Positions 36,444 to 45,101 of a stretch of DNA of 64,000 bases are shown here, in pieces (within the stretch, counting starts at the first letter, position 1; every line of letters starts with the position of its first letter). Source of the stretch: a bacterium (GTDB lineage: Bacteria; Patescibacteriota; Patescibacteriia; Patescibacteriales; UBA12465). The position numbers were made by a program, and so were the translations under genes. The notes under the pieces were generated by a model, which saw nothing but the letters and a program-made list of their open reading frames with translations, had not been told where the DNA came from and did not search any database. The stretch lies in NCBI GenBank assembly GCA_030696105.1, contig JAUYNJ010000001.1, positions 2,747 through 66,746 on the forward strand. The letters are read 5' to 3'.

Positions 36444-37580
36444 ATGAAGATTAGTTTTTTAGAGGGATCACGCGCAATCGCGCAAACAGTTGCCAACATC
36501 AAACCTGAGGTTGTTTCTGCTTACCCAATTACTCCCCAAACACACATTGTTGAAGATCTTGCCCGCTTCAAAGCTGAGGGCAAAGCTGATTATGAATACT
36601 TACTCGCCGAAAGCGAAGCAGCCGCAGCATCAATTGTGTTAGGAGCCAGTGCGGCTGGCGCCCGTGTTTATACGGCGACGAGTTCACAGGGATTATTACT
36701 CATGCTTGAAGTTTTGTATAACGCCTCCGGTCTGCGCTTACCCCTTGTCATGACCGTCGCCAATCGCGCAGTTGGTGCTCCGATTAATATCTGGAACGAC
36801 CATAGCGACGCCATGGCGATGCGTGATGCCGGCTGGGTAATGTTGTTTGCCGAAAATCATCAGGAGGCAGTTGATCTGCATGTAATTGCTTACCGACTGG
36901 CTGAAAGCACGAATTTGCCAGTTGCCGTTAATGTCGACGGCTTCATTTTAACGCACTCACACGAAAACGTTATTGTTCCTGATAATAAAACGATTAAAAA
37001 GTTTTTACCTGACTACAGACCTGCTGCTGGCACTTTCTTAGACCCGCAAAATCCTAGCACCATCGGCGGCTTCTTTACACCTGAACATTTCTGGTTAGAG
37101 CGCCAGCGTCTTGATACAGATTTAAAAAAGTCTCTACCCTTAATTAGCAACTTATATAAGCAATGGAAAAAAATATTGCGAACCCCTACGCCCTCAAAAA
37201 TTAATTTTGATAACGGCTTAGTAGAATATTGCGGACCTTCTCACCCAGAAACACTGATTATCGCGATGGGCTCGATGGCAGGCACAATTAAAGAAACAAT
37301 TAGAGACAATAAAAATGTTGGCTTGCTTAAAATCAGAAGTTTCCGCCCCTTCCCTGATCTTAGAAAGTTTACGTCTACCTGTAAACGTATCGCTGTGATT
37401 GAAAAAGCGATGTCGAGTGGCGCAAGCGGTCCTTTGTTCGCAGAGGTCGGCTCTTCACTGTCTAATTACAAAGGGGTTATTAGCGACAATATAGTTGGCC
37501 TCGGCGGTCGTGATGTTAGTTTACAAACAATTAAGCATATTATTAAATCATCCGGCAAAGCGGGGGTTAAATTTTGGTAA
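36444..37580 (+). CDS. porA: 2-oxoacid:ferredoxin oxidoreductase, alpha subunit
   Basis: The YPITPQT motif, the 378 aa length and the operon context support the call. Confidence 0.9.
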   Translation: MKISFLEGSRAIAQTVANIKPEVVSAYPITPQTHIVEDLARFKAEGKADYEYLLAESEAAAASIVLGASAAGARVYTATSSQGLLLMLEVLYNASGLRLPLVMTVANRAVGAPINIWNDHSDAMAMRDAGWVMLFAENHQEAVDLHVIAYRLAESTNLPVAVNVDGFILTHSHENVIVPDNKTIKKFLPDYRPAAGTFLDPQNPSTIGGFFTPEHFWLERQRLDTDLKKSLPLISNLYKQWKKILRTPTPSKINFDNGLVEYCGPSHPETLIIAMGSMAGTIKETIRDNKNVGLLKIRSFRPFPDLRKFTSTCKRIAVIEKAMSSGASGPLFAEVGSSLSNYKGVISDNIVGLGGRDVSLQTIKHIIKSSGKAGVKFW

Positions 37581-37585
37581 ACGCT

Positions 37586-38611
37586 ATGAAGCTAAAACAA
37601 ATCATTTCCTACGTAAGTTTACTGGCCTGGCCCCTCACATTTTTTTTACCTAAACTTGCGCACGCCGATATCAAAGACCCGCTTGTTTTCGAGCCCCAAG
37701 TCGGTTTGCCGGGACTTCTCAGCGCAACGACGACCATGTCTCGCAGTGATACTAGCTACATCGGTCAGCTCGCTAAGGGATTTTATGATTACGGCTTAGC
37801 CATTGGTGGCATACTCGCCGCTATTATGCTCATGGCTGGTGGTGTTATCTGGCTCACCTCGGCGGGTAGCAGTGATGCTGTCTCTAAAGCCAAAGGTTTA
37901 ATTTCCGGCAGCATCGCTGGCCTGGTCTTATTATTCGGTGCCTGGTTTATGTTGAATACAATTAACCCGGCCCTAATTAATCTAGAGGTTCAAGAGATAA
38001 GCGCTATTAGACGAATCTCAAATATTTGCTGTGAATACCGAGAATCTGGCTCCAGCAAAGCCCTAAATACTCTTTCTAATGACTGTGAGAAAAAAAACGG
38101 AACAGCCTACACTAGTGATGCTAACGGCACTTATATTGCTGGGGCGACTAAATGTATGTATACAAAAATAAGCTGCAGTATACAAAAAGATTGTGAAGGC
38201 AATGCCAAGAAATGCTTTGACTCCGATGTCCAGCAAACAGAAAGACAAAAGTGTGGCAGTAATTTTGTCGACCTATACGATTTCAAAGAAGGTCGTTGTG
38301 GTAATCATCCAGAATGTAAGAATTTGATTGCCAGCTGTACCGGGACTGTAAATGGAGATAAATGCAAAACAATAGATGGCGGAGACTGGTATTTCCTCTG
38401 GATTAATGGTGTTAAAGTGCCAGGCTATTGCTACAACACCATGTGTTATATTGGCACAGCGAAAGAAGGGGAATCATGTGGCACAAAGCCGGGCGCGGGT
38501 TGCTACAGCCTAACTTGCAGCAACCTAGGCCAAGCTGGACAGACATATTACAGAGATAACAGTAGTGGTCGTGATTGCGGCACAAATTTGTACTGCTGTT
38601 ATAAAGAATAA
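37586..38611 (+). CDS. Secreted protein with a T4SS-pilin-like (TrbC/VirB2-type) hydrophobic hairpin and a C-terminal domain of 20 cysteines
   Basis: The signal peptide is MKLKQIISYVSLLAWPLTFFLPKLAHA. The hairpin is GLAIGGILAAIMLMAGGVIWLTSAGSSDAVSKAKGLISGSIAGLVLLFGAWFMLNTINP. It is followed by ~195 aa containing 20 Cys. Confidence 0.7.
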   Translation: MKLKQIISYVSLLAWPLTFFLPKLAHADIKDPLVFEPQVGLPGLLSATTTMSRSDTSYIGQLAKGFYDYGLAIGGILAAIMLMAGGVIWLTSAGSSDAVSKAKGLISGSIAGLVLLFGAWFMLNTINPALINLEVQEISAIRRISNICCEYRESGSSKALNTLSNDCEKKNGTAYTSDANGTYIAGATKCMYTKISCSIQKDCEGNAKKCFDSDVQQTERQKCGSNFVDLYDFKEGRCGNHPECKNLIASCTGTVNGDKCKTIDGGDWYFLWINGVKVPGYCYNTMCYIGTAKEGESCGTKPGAGCYSLTCSNLGQAGQTYYRDNSSGRDCGTNLYCCYKE

Positions 38612-39463
38612 ATGAATACTTCACATAACAACCTGACTCCCGGTCACAATGCTTGCGCTGGTTGCGGGCAACTTAGCGCGGCACAATCTGTAATGCGTGC
38701 GCTTGATAACGACACGATCCTGGTAAGCGCTACTGGTTGTTTAGAGGTGACCACCACTGCTCACCCGCAAAGCGCCTGGCGACTACCCTGGATGCACTCA
38801 TTATTTGAAAACTCAGCCGCGGTCGGCAGTGGTATTAAGGCAGCTTTAAAAAATAAAAAGAAAAATACGAAGGTAGTTATCCAGGCCGGTGACGGTGCGA
38901 CATATGACATCGGCATCGGCTTTCTAAGCGGTCTTTTTGAACGAGGTGATGATGTTGTTTATATCTGCTACGACACCGAAGCGTATTCCAATACCGGTAT
39001 TCAGGCGTCAGGCTCAACTCCGGCCGGCGCGAAAACAACGACAACGCCAGGCGGTGCTAATGAAATAAAAAAAGACATGCTCGCTATCGCTCTTGCGCAT
39101 GGCGTGAAGTATGTCGCGCAGAGCACGGCCGCCTTCCCTGATGACATTACCGCAAAAGTTAAGAAAGCCTTGCAGGTTGAAGGACCGGCTTATATCCAAA
39201 TTCTTTCTCCCTGTATCCCCGGATGGAAAATACAAACTAACGAAGCGATTAAAGCTGCACGTTTAGCAGTTGCTACCGCCTCGTACCCCTTGCTTGAATA
39301 TACTAATGGTCGTTTAAACAACTCGAGCATTAAAGACTCATTTCGCGCTCAAAAAGTTGAGGATTACCTACAACTGCAAGGTCGCTTTAGTCACTTATCT
39401 CGCAAACAAATCGCAAATATTCAAAGTCAGGCTGACAAAAATATAAAAATTTACAAGCTATGA
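38612..39463 (+). CDS. porB: 2-oxoacid:ferredoxin oxidoreductase, beta (TPP-binding) subunit
   Basis: It has the CAGCG cysteine motif and the TPP motif GDGATYDIGIG. Its ATG directly follows the stop of the preceding gene. Confidence 0.9.
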   Translation: MNTSHNNLTPGHNACAGCGQLSAAQSVMRALDNDTILVSATGCLEVTTTAHPQSAWRLPWMHSLFENSAAVGSGIKAALKNKKKNTKVVIQAGDGATYDIGIGFLSGLFERGDDVVYICYDTEAYSNTGIQASGSTPAGAKTTTTPGGANEIKKDMLAIALAHGVKYVAQSTAAFPDDITAKVKKALQVEGPAYIQILSPCIPGWKIQTNEAIKAARLAVATASYPLLEYTNGRLNNSSIKDSFRAQKVEDYLQLQGRFSHLSRKQIANIQSQADKNIKIYKL

Positions 39464-40785
39464 AAAAAAACTTTTTCACTTCCTTTGCGTTAGCGATAAT
39501 TATCGCGTCTTCTTTGTTTCCCTGGCACGCAACGCAAGCTGCTGAGACTAAAATGAAAAACTGTTCTTGGGAAGCGCTGGCAACTGGTCAAACCTTTACG
39601 CAAATCTGTTTTGCAAAAGGAAAAAGTTCGGTCTATCCCGCTAATTGTGCCGATCTAAGCAAGCCCGTGCCCTACTCCCCTGACGCTGATTTGCCTTGTT
39701 GTTGTAATATTGTTCAAGAGTATTCCTGCACTTGGAAAAAAAGAGTATACGTACCTAGCAACCACGGAGCAGGACAATATGTCGGTGGATGCGGCTCCAC
39801 AGAAACTCCTGGGCCTGATTGCGATTTAAGTAAAAAACCAGCCTCCGGCACCAACACGGAAGTATTCTGCTGTTGTCAGAAGACTAACACTGTAAGTTAT
39901 AGTAAGGCAAACTTTACCTTACCACAACTTCAAATCCCAATTGACACAATCAGTCTCTCTGATGCTAAATGTACTGGCGAAGATCATACTGGTAACTGCG
40001 AAATACCTTGGATTGCAGAATATATAAACGGTATATATAAATATGGCTTAGGCATTGGCGGTATTCTGGCTGCTATTATGCTTATGGCTGGCGGTGTACT
40101 CTGGCTATTATCAGCAGGCGACGCGTCATCAATAACCAAAGCTAAGGATTTGATTATTGGCAGCATAACAGGCTTAATGATTTTGGTCGGAACCTATTTC
40201 TTATTAGTAACAATTAATCCAGAACTTACGACTTTAAAAAGTGTTTCGATTAAGATGATTGAGCGTAAAATTTTAGAAAGTGACGTCGAAGGACAGGGCG
40301 CCGTCTCACTAGATTTAGAAGGTATTAGTCGTGTACTTGGAGTAGAGTGCGGCTCTGTCGGTGTGAAAGATCTAGTTGATAAATCTAAAGGCAAAGTAAC
40401 CTACAATAATCCTAATCGAGGAAAAACTGGCCCAGGAAATACTGTGTACAATGACTGCTCTGGTTATGCCAACTTCGTTCTTAAGTGTGCTTTAAATAAG
40501 GCCGCAGCCTCTCAGACTGCTGATTTTTTCTCCGATCAAGTAGCATGGGACGGAAAAGCGAACTCACTTCAAGCAGGCGATCTTATCGGATGGGCCCCCA
40601 AGAATTCATCAAAGAATGAGGGCCACGTTTTCATTTACCTTGGAGACAATTTATTCGGTGACTGTCATGGTGGCGACAGCGGACGTCAGACGGGAAACTG
40701 CATTTCAAACAATTTATCCATAGAAGATATAAAAGCATCAGCAGGAAGACACTCAGGCGGAAAATTATTCTTTAAGAGGTACTAA
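39460..40785 (+). CDS. Secreted tripartite protein: Cys-rich N-domain, T4SS-pilin-like hairpin and C-terminal NlpC/P60-type hydrolase
   Basis: It has a signal peptide, then 14 Cys including two CCC triplets. The hairpin is GLGIGGILAAIMLMAGGVLWLLSAGDASSITKAKDLIIGSITGLMILVGTYFLLVTINP. The C-terminus carries NDCSGYANF, GDLIGW and GHVFIYLG...CHGG. Confidence 0.7.
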   Translation: MKKNFFTSFALAIIIASSLFPWHATQAAETKMKNCSWEALATGQTFTQICFAKGKSSVYPANCADLSKPVPYSPDADLPCCCNIVQEYSCTWKKRVYVPSNHGAGQYVGGCGSTETPGPDCDLSKKPASGTNTEVFCCCQKTNTVSYSKANFTLPQLQIPIDTISLSDAKCTGEDHTGNCEIPWIAEYINGIYKYGLGIGGILAAIMLMAGGVLWLLSAGDASSITKAKDLIIGSITGLMILVGTYFLLVTINPELTTLKSVSIKMIERKILESDVEGQGAVSLDLEGISRVLGVECGSVGVKDLVDKSKGKVTYNNPNRGKTGPGNTVYNDCSGYANFVLKCALNKAAASQTADFFSDQVAWDGKANSLQAGDLIGWAPKNSSKNEGHVFIYLGDNLFGDCHGGDSGRQTGNCISNNLSIEDIKASAGRHSGGKLFFKRY

Positions 40786-40810
40786 ATTTTAATCAACTAT
40801 TAATTACTCA

Positions 40811-40836
40811 AAAACCGGCTCACGCCGGTTTTTTTA
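40811..40836 (+). terminator. Rho-independent terminator closing the dsbA-like/por block (also usable by the convergent rnhA)
   Basis: The stem aaaaccggc/gccggtttt has loop tcac and is followed by a T-run. An A-run on the other side makes it bidirectional. Confidence 0.75.
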
Positions 40837-40845
40837 TCTTCAAAT

Positions 40846-41247
40846 TTATACGCCCCTATCCATCGCTTCATTTGCCAGACGGTCAGCTTCTTTATTCATT
40901 TCTCGCGGCACATGAATAAAGCGATAGTTTTTAATCTTTGTCAGCAGATTGCACACATTTAGAAATAGTGGCGCCAGTTCTTTATTCTTCACCTTATACT
41001 CACGATTAATTTGTTTTACGGCCAACTCACTGTCGAGAAAACAATCGACATTATCCGCGCCTAAAGCAACCGCCTTCTCTAAACCCGCAATCAGGGCTTT
41101 ATACTCAGCCTGATTGTTAGTTGCCTCGCCGAGGTATTGAGAAATTTCAGCGACAACTTTGCCCTCTTCGTTATGAATAATAGCACCGATGCCGGCTGGA
41201 CCGGGGTTCCCGCGGGCCCCACCATCAGAATGAATAATTAACTTCAT
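40846..41247 (-). CDS. rnhA: Ribonuclease HI
   Basis: The N-terminus is SDGGARGNPGPAGIGA, followed by NNQAEYKALIAGL and a C-terminal NKEADRLAN. Confidence 0.85.
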   Translation of the reverse strand: MKLIIHSDGGARGNPGPAGIGAIIHNEEGKVVAEISQYLGEATNNQAEYKALIAGLEKAVALGADNVDCFLDSELAVKQINREYKVKNKELAPLFLNVCNLLTKIKNYRFIHVPREMNKEADRLANEAMDRGV

Positions 41248-43070
41248 ATGTTTTCTGCCGGTCGCCAGTCAATAATCTTGAGTTGCACTTCGCGGCGCCC
41301 GTTAAAGGCATTTATATCTAAGTAATAAGCTAAGTCAATCACATCGCCAATTTTTATACCAGCATAGGCCGGTGCGCAGCTAAACGCTATCCCCCAATAT
41401 GAGGGAGCGGACATATCTTCTAGTGATGACAAGCGCAATTTAACATGCTGCTTCTCTGAGCCCATTAAGACCACATCATCCACTCGCAAACCGTATGAGG
41501 CAAAACGTGGTTGTTGATTATTTTGCCCGAATGGTGAAAGCTCATTAATTGCCTCATTTAAAGGCAGGCTAATTTGATTGAAAGGTAAGCTCGCATCAAG
41601 TTTTAATTTTGGCACTAAAACTTCAGCATCAATGCGCTCGGCGGCAATCGCTAGTAATTTTTCTTTAAATAAATTTAAGCGCTCTTCACTTTCGACAGAG
41701 AAACCGCAGGCCATTGGGTGTCCGCCGTATTTATCCAGATAATCAGAACACTCTTCAACAGCCGCGATGAGATTAAAGCCTTCAATTGAACGGCCAGAGC
41801 CCTTAAAGCTAGACTTAGCGGGAGTAGCTGAACCGTCCTCTGCATCGGGCGCACCCTCTTCACTTGTGCGGGTTATTACTAAAGTCGGTCGATGGTATTT
41901 TTCACAAATTCGTCCGGAAACAAGACCAACCACGCCTTCGTTCCAAGATTGATCTTCCCTGCAAAGGCCGATAATGAGTGGCGGTAAATTATCTTTATCA
42001 ATTTGTGCTTCAACTTGTTTAATTATTTCTTCAGTAATTAACTGCCGACTTTGATTGCGTTTATTCAACTCCTCAGCTAAACTTTGTGCCTCCTCTTCAT
42101 TGCTTGCACTAATTAAGGCAAAGGCACTGTTCGCGTGACCAATACGACTCGCGGCGTTTAAGCGCGGTCCGAGCTGCCAGCCGACATTCCAAGCTTCGAG
42201 CGGTTTGTCTATTGCAATCTTCGCTGTTTTAAATAAGGCCCTCAAGCCCGCGCGGCGATTTTGATTTAAAACTGTCATGCCGCGCTTCACTAACCAGCGA
42301 TTCTCACCCATCAAACTAACCATATCCGCAATAGTGCCAACAGCTACTAAATCAAGTGAACGCTCAGCAATCAGTTTCTTCATTGCCGGCTTAAGTTTTG
42401 ATTCCTGTAAAATTGCGCAAACCAGCTTGAAAGAAACGCCGACACCGGCGAGAAATGGCCAGGGGTATTTATCCTCACTATCTGCGGGATCAATCACGAG
42501 ACAGCTCGGCATATCTTCTCTTTTTTCAGGCAGGACGTGATGGTCGGTAATAATAATGTCGAGACCGAGTTCTTTACCATACTCGACTTCCGCTTTGTTA
42601 CGAATGCCATTATCAACTGTAATCACAAGGCTTACTCCCTGCTCTTTAATTTGATTTAAAGCTGGCTTATTTAAACCATACCCTTCGGTAACGCGATCAG
42701 GCAGGTATACTTCAACATCTGCTCTTAAGGTGTGCAGGGCTTCGGCTAAAACCGCTGAAGCAGTGACACCGTCAGCGTCATAATCACCATAGACAACTAT
42801 TTTATGACCAGCTTTAATATGACTAATGATTAAAGCAACGGCTGCCTTCATATCACGAAACAAAAAGGGGTCGTAAAACAACAAGGAGCCGTCTCCCGCT
42901 AAATCCTGCGCGAGCAACGGATCAATTGAATCATTTAAAAAAGCCCGCGCCGCTTGTTCGCTGCGCAAACCTCTATTCCATAGGACACCAGCAACCACTG
43001 GATTCACATCAGCCAAAGAAGCGCGGTACTCCGCACTCGGGCCCTCGGCGATTTGCCATTTCTTTTTCAT
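41244..43070 (-). CDS. recJ: Single-stranded-DNA-specific exonuclease RecJ
   Basis: The DHH motifs are VYGDYDADGVTA and IITDHH. A DHHA1 region and a C-terminal OB-like domain are also present. Confidence 0.9.
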   Translation of the reverse strand: MKKKWQIAEGPSAEYRASLADVNPVVAGVLWNRGLRSEQAARAFLNDSIDPLLAQDLAGDGSLLFYDPFLFRDMKAAVALIISHIKAGHKIVVYGDYDADGVTASAVLAEALHTLRADVEVYLPDRVTEGYGLNKPALNQIKEQGVSLVITVDNGIRNKAEVEYGKELGLDIIITDHHVLPEKREDMPSCLVIDPADSEDKYPWPFLAGVGVSFKLVCAILQESKLKPAMKKLIAERSLDLVAVGTIADMVSLMGENRWLVKRGMTVLNQNRRAGLRALFKTAKIAIDKPLEAWNVGWQLGPRLNAASRIGHANSAFALISASNEEEAQSLAEELNKRNQSRQLITEEIIKQVEAQIDKDNLPPLIIGLCREDQSWNEGVVGLVSGRICEKYHRPTLVITRTSEEGAPDAEDGSATPAKSSFKGSGRSIEGFNLIAAVEECSDYLDKYGGHPMACGFSVESEERLNLFKEKLLAIAAERIDAEVLVPKLKLDASLPFNQISLPLNEAINELSPFGQNNQQPRFASYGLRVDDVVLMGSEKQHVKLRLSSLEDMSAPSYWGIAFSCAPAYAGIKIGDVIDLAYYLDINAFNGRREVQLKIIDWRPAENI

Positions 43071-43079
43071 AAAACGGGA

Positions 43080-43178
43080 TTAAAACATCACAGAACCGAA
43101 GGTCCAAGCAAGCATTGAAATCATGATAATAATCGACATCACTGTCCAGGCGATTTTTACAATTTTTTTGCGTTTCAT
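43080..43178 (-). CDS. Candidate 32-aa membrane micropeptide (MKRKKIVKIAWTVMSIIIMISMLAWTFGSVMF)
   Basis: This ATG ORF is below the ORF-track cutoff. It starts 4 nt after the lepA stop and fills most of the lepA-recJ gap. It has a basic N-terminus and one hydrophobic helix. No clear SD was seen. Confidence 0.3.
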   Translation of the reverse strand: MKRKKIVKIAWTVMSIIIMISMLAWTFGSVMF

Positions 43179-43182
43179 AGTT

Positions 43183-44997
43183 TTATCTTTTGAGTATTTT
43201 AACAAAGGTGTCAGAGGGAATATCAACGCTACCTTTACCAGTAGCCATCATCTTCTTCTTTCCCTTCTTTTGTTTTTCAAGCAATTTGCGTTTGCGACTA
43301 ACATCACCACCGTATAGCTTCGCGGTTACATCTTTACGCATGGCCGCAATGCGTTCAGCCGCCACAACTTTTCCTCCCACGGCTGCCTGTAGTTTCAAGA
43401 CGAACATCTGACGAGGCAAAGTATTTTTTAAAATTTCAACGATTTCTTTTCCCTGTCTGAAGGCCTCGTCGCGATAAACAATCGTAGCTAAAGATTCAAC
43501 GGGTTCTTCCGCTACTAAAATATCAAGCTTAACCACATCGGCTGGTCGATAATCAAGATAATCGTAGTTAATAGATGCATAGCCAGCACTAACACTCTTC
43601 AACTTATCATAAAAATCGGTGAGAATAGCGGCTAAGGGCATGACATAATGTAAAATCGCTCTTGCCTCTTCGCTGCCCGCCGAAATATACTCCGTGTTAT
43701 TATATACACCACGCTTATCCTGCGCCAAGCTCATGATATTTCCAATATATTCCTGAGGAGTAATAATGTCGAGCGTCACCCAAGGCTCTTCCACTGACTC
43801 AATTTCACTTGGATCAGGTAGGCGCTGTGGTGTGCGCACAATTTCATCGGTATTATTCTTTTTGTAAACTCGATAAGCAACACTGGGCACTGTTACAATT
43901 AAGTCTAACCCGTATTCACGACGTAGACGTTCTTGAAATATTTCAAGATGTAGCAAACCTAAAAAACCACAACGAAAACCAACCCCAAGCGCATCTGATC
44001 TTTCAGGCTCAAAGGATAAAGCGGCGTCATTTAACTTCAACTTTTCCATCGCGTCTCTCAAATCTTGTAAGTCATTGCCTTCACGTGGAAAAACACCGGC
44101 AAAAACCATAGGCTTCACCTCTTTGTACCCTTCTAAGGCTGAGGCTTTTTCGCGGTCGGGTCCAGAAACAAGCGTGTCGCCCACACGACATTCACCTACT
44201 TGTTTAAAACCAGTCACCACGTAACCAATACTGCCTGACTTAAGCGAGCCAGTGGAAAGATAAGCTGGCTTAAAAACACCGATATCTAATACTTCACTCT
44301 TAGCCTTGGTGGCGAGTAAATGAATATGGTCGCCTTTCTTAATTTCACCATCAAAGACACGAATAAAGGCGACGACGCCTTTATATTCGTCATATTTGGA
44401 ATCAAAAATTAAGGCACGAGCAGTCGGAGCAGTGGAAAGTGTAGGCGGCACGCCTTCGGCAATCACACGTTCAAGAATATCGGCCACGCCTTCCCCGGTT
44501 TTTCCAGAAGCAGATAAGATTTCCTCTTCTTTACAACCGAGCAGGCGCATAATTTCCGCCTTGGTTTTAGGAACGTTCGCCGCGGGCAAATCAATTTTAT
44601 TGACAACAGGAATAATGGTTAAATCTTGCTCAAGCGCTAGGTATAAGTTAGCGAGAGTCTGTGCCTGAATCCCTTGGGTTGAGTCCACGAGCAATACGGC
44701 GGTTTCGACCGCCGCCAATGATCGTGACACTTCGTAAGAAAAATCAACGTGGCCAGGAGTGTCAATTAAATTCAACTGATAACCTTTATAGTCCATCGTT
44801 ACCGGCTGTAGCTTTATCGTAATACCGCGTTCACGTTCGATGTCCATGCCGTCTAATATCTGATCTTTCATCTTACGTTTCTCAACGGTCTGCGTAATTT
44901 CAAGCATGCGGTCAGCCAGCGTTGATTTACCGTGATCGATATGAGCCAGAATGGCGAAGTTGCGTATTTTGTTAGTTTCGTCGTTCATGGTATGCAA
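43183..44997 (-). CDS. lepA: Translation elongation factor 4 (LepA)
   Basis: The G-domain motifs are AHIDHGKST, DTPGH and NKID. The LepA-specific C-terminus ends in ...GKKKM...IPSDTF. Confidence 0.95.
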   Translation of the reverse strand: MHTMNDETNKIRNFAILAHIDHGKSTLADRMLEITQTVEKRKMKDQILDGMDIERERGITIKLQPVTMDYKGYQLNLIDTPGHVDFSYEVSRSLAAVETAVLLVDSTQGIQAQTLANLYLALEQDLTIIPVVNKIDLPAANVPKTKAEIMRLLGCKEEEILSASGKTGEGVADILERVIAEGVPPTLSTAPTARALIFDSKYDEYKGVVAFIRVFDGEIKKGDHIHLLATKAKSEVLDIGVFKPAYLSTGSLKSGSIGYVVTGFKQVGECRVGDTLVSGPDREKASALEGYKEVKPMVFAGVFPREGNDLQDLRDAMEKLKLNDAALSFEPERSDALGVGFRCGFLGLLHLEIFQERLRREYGLDLIVTVPSVAYRVYKKNNTDEIVRTPQRLPDPSEIESVEEPWVTLDIITPQEYIGNIMSLAQDKRGVYNNTEYISAGSEEARAILHYVMPLAAILTDFYDKLKSVSAGYASINYDYLDYRPADVVKLDILVAEEPVESLATIVYRDEAFRQGKEIVEILKNTLPRQMFVLKLQAAVGGKVVAAERIAAMRKDVTAKLYGGDVSRKRKLLEKQKKGKKKMMATGKGSVDIPSDTFVKILKR

Positions 44998-45101
44998 ATT
45001 TACAATAATATTAAATAAATGGAAGCTGATTTATGGCCCTTCAACTTTCCTGCTAAGTGAAACTACAATAACATTAATCTGACTCCTAATCAAGACCTGT
45101 T

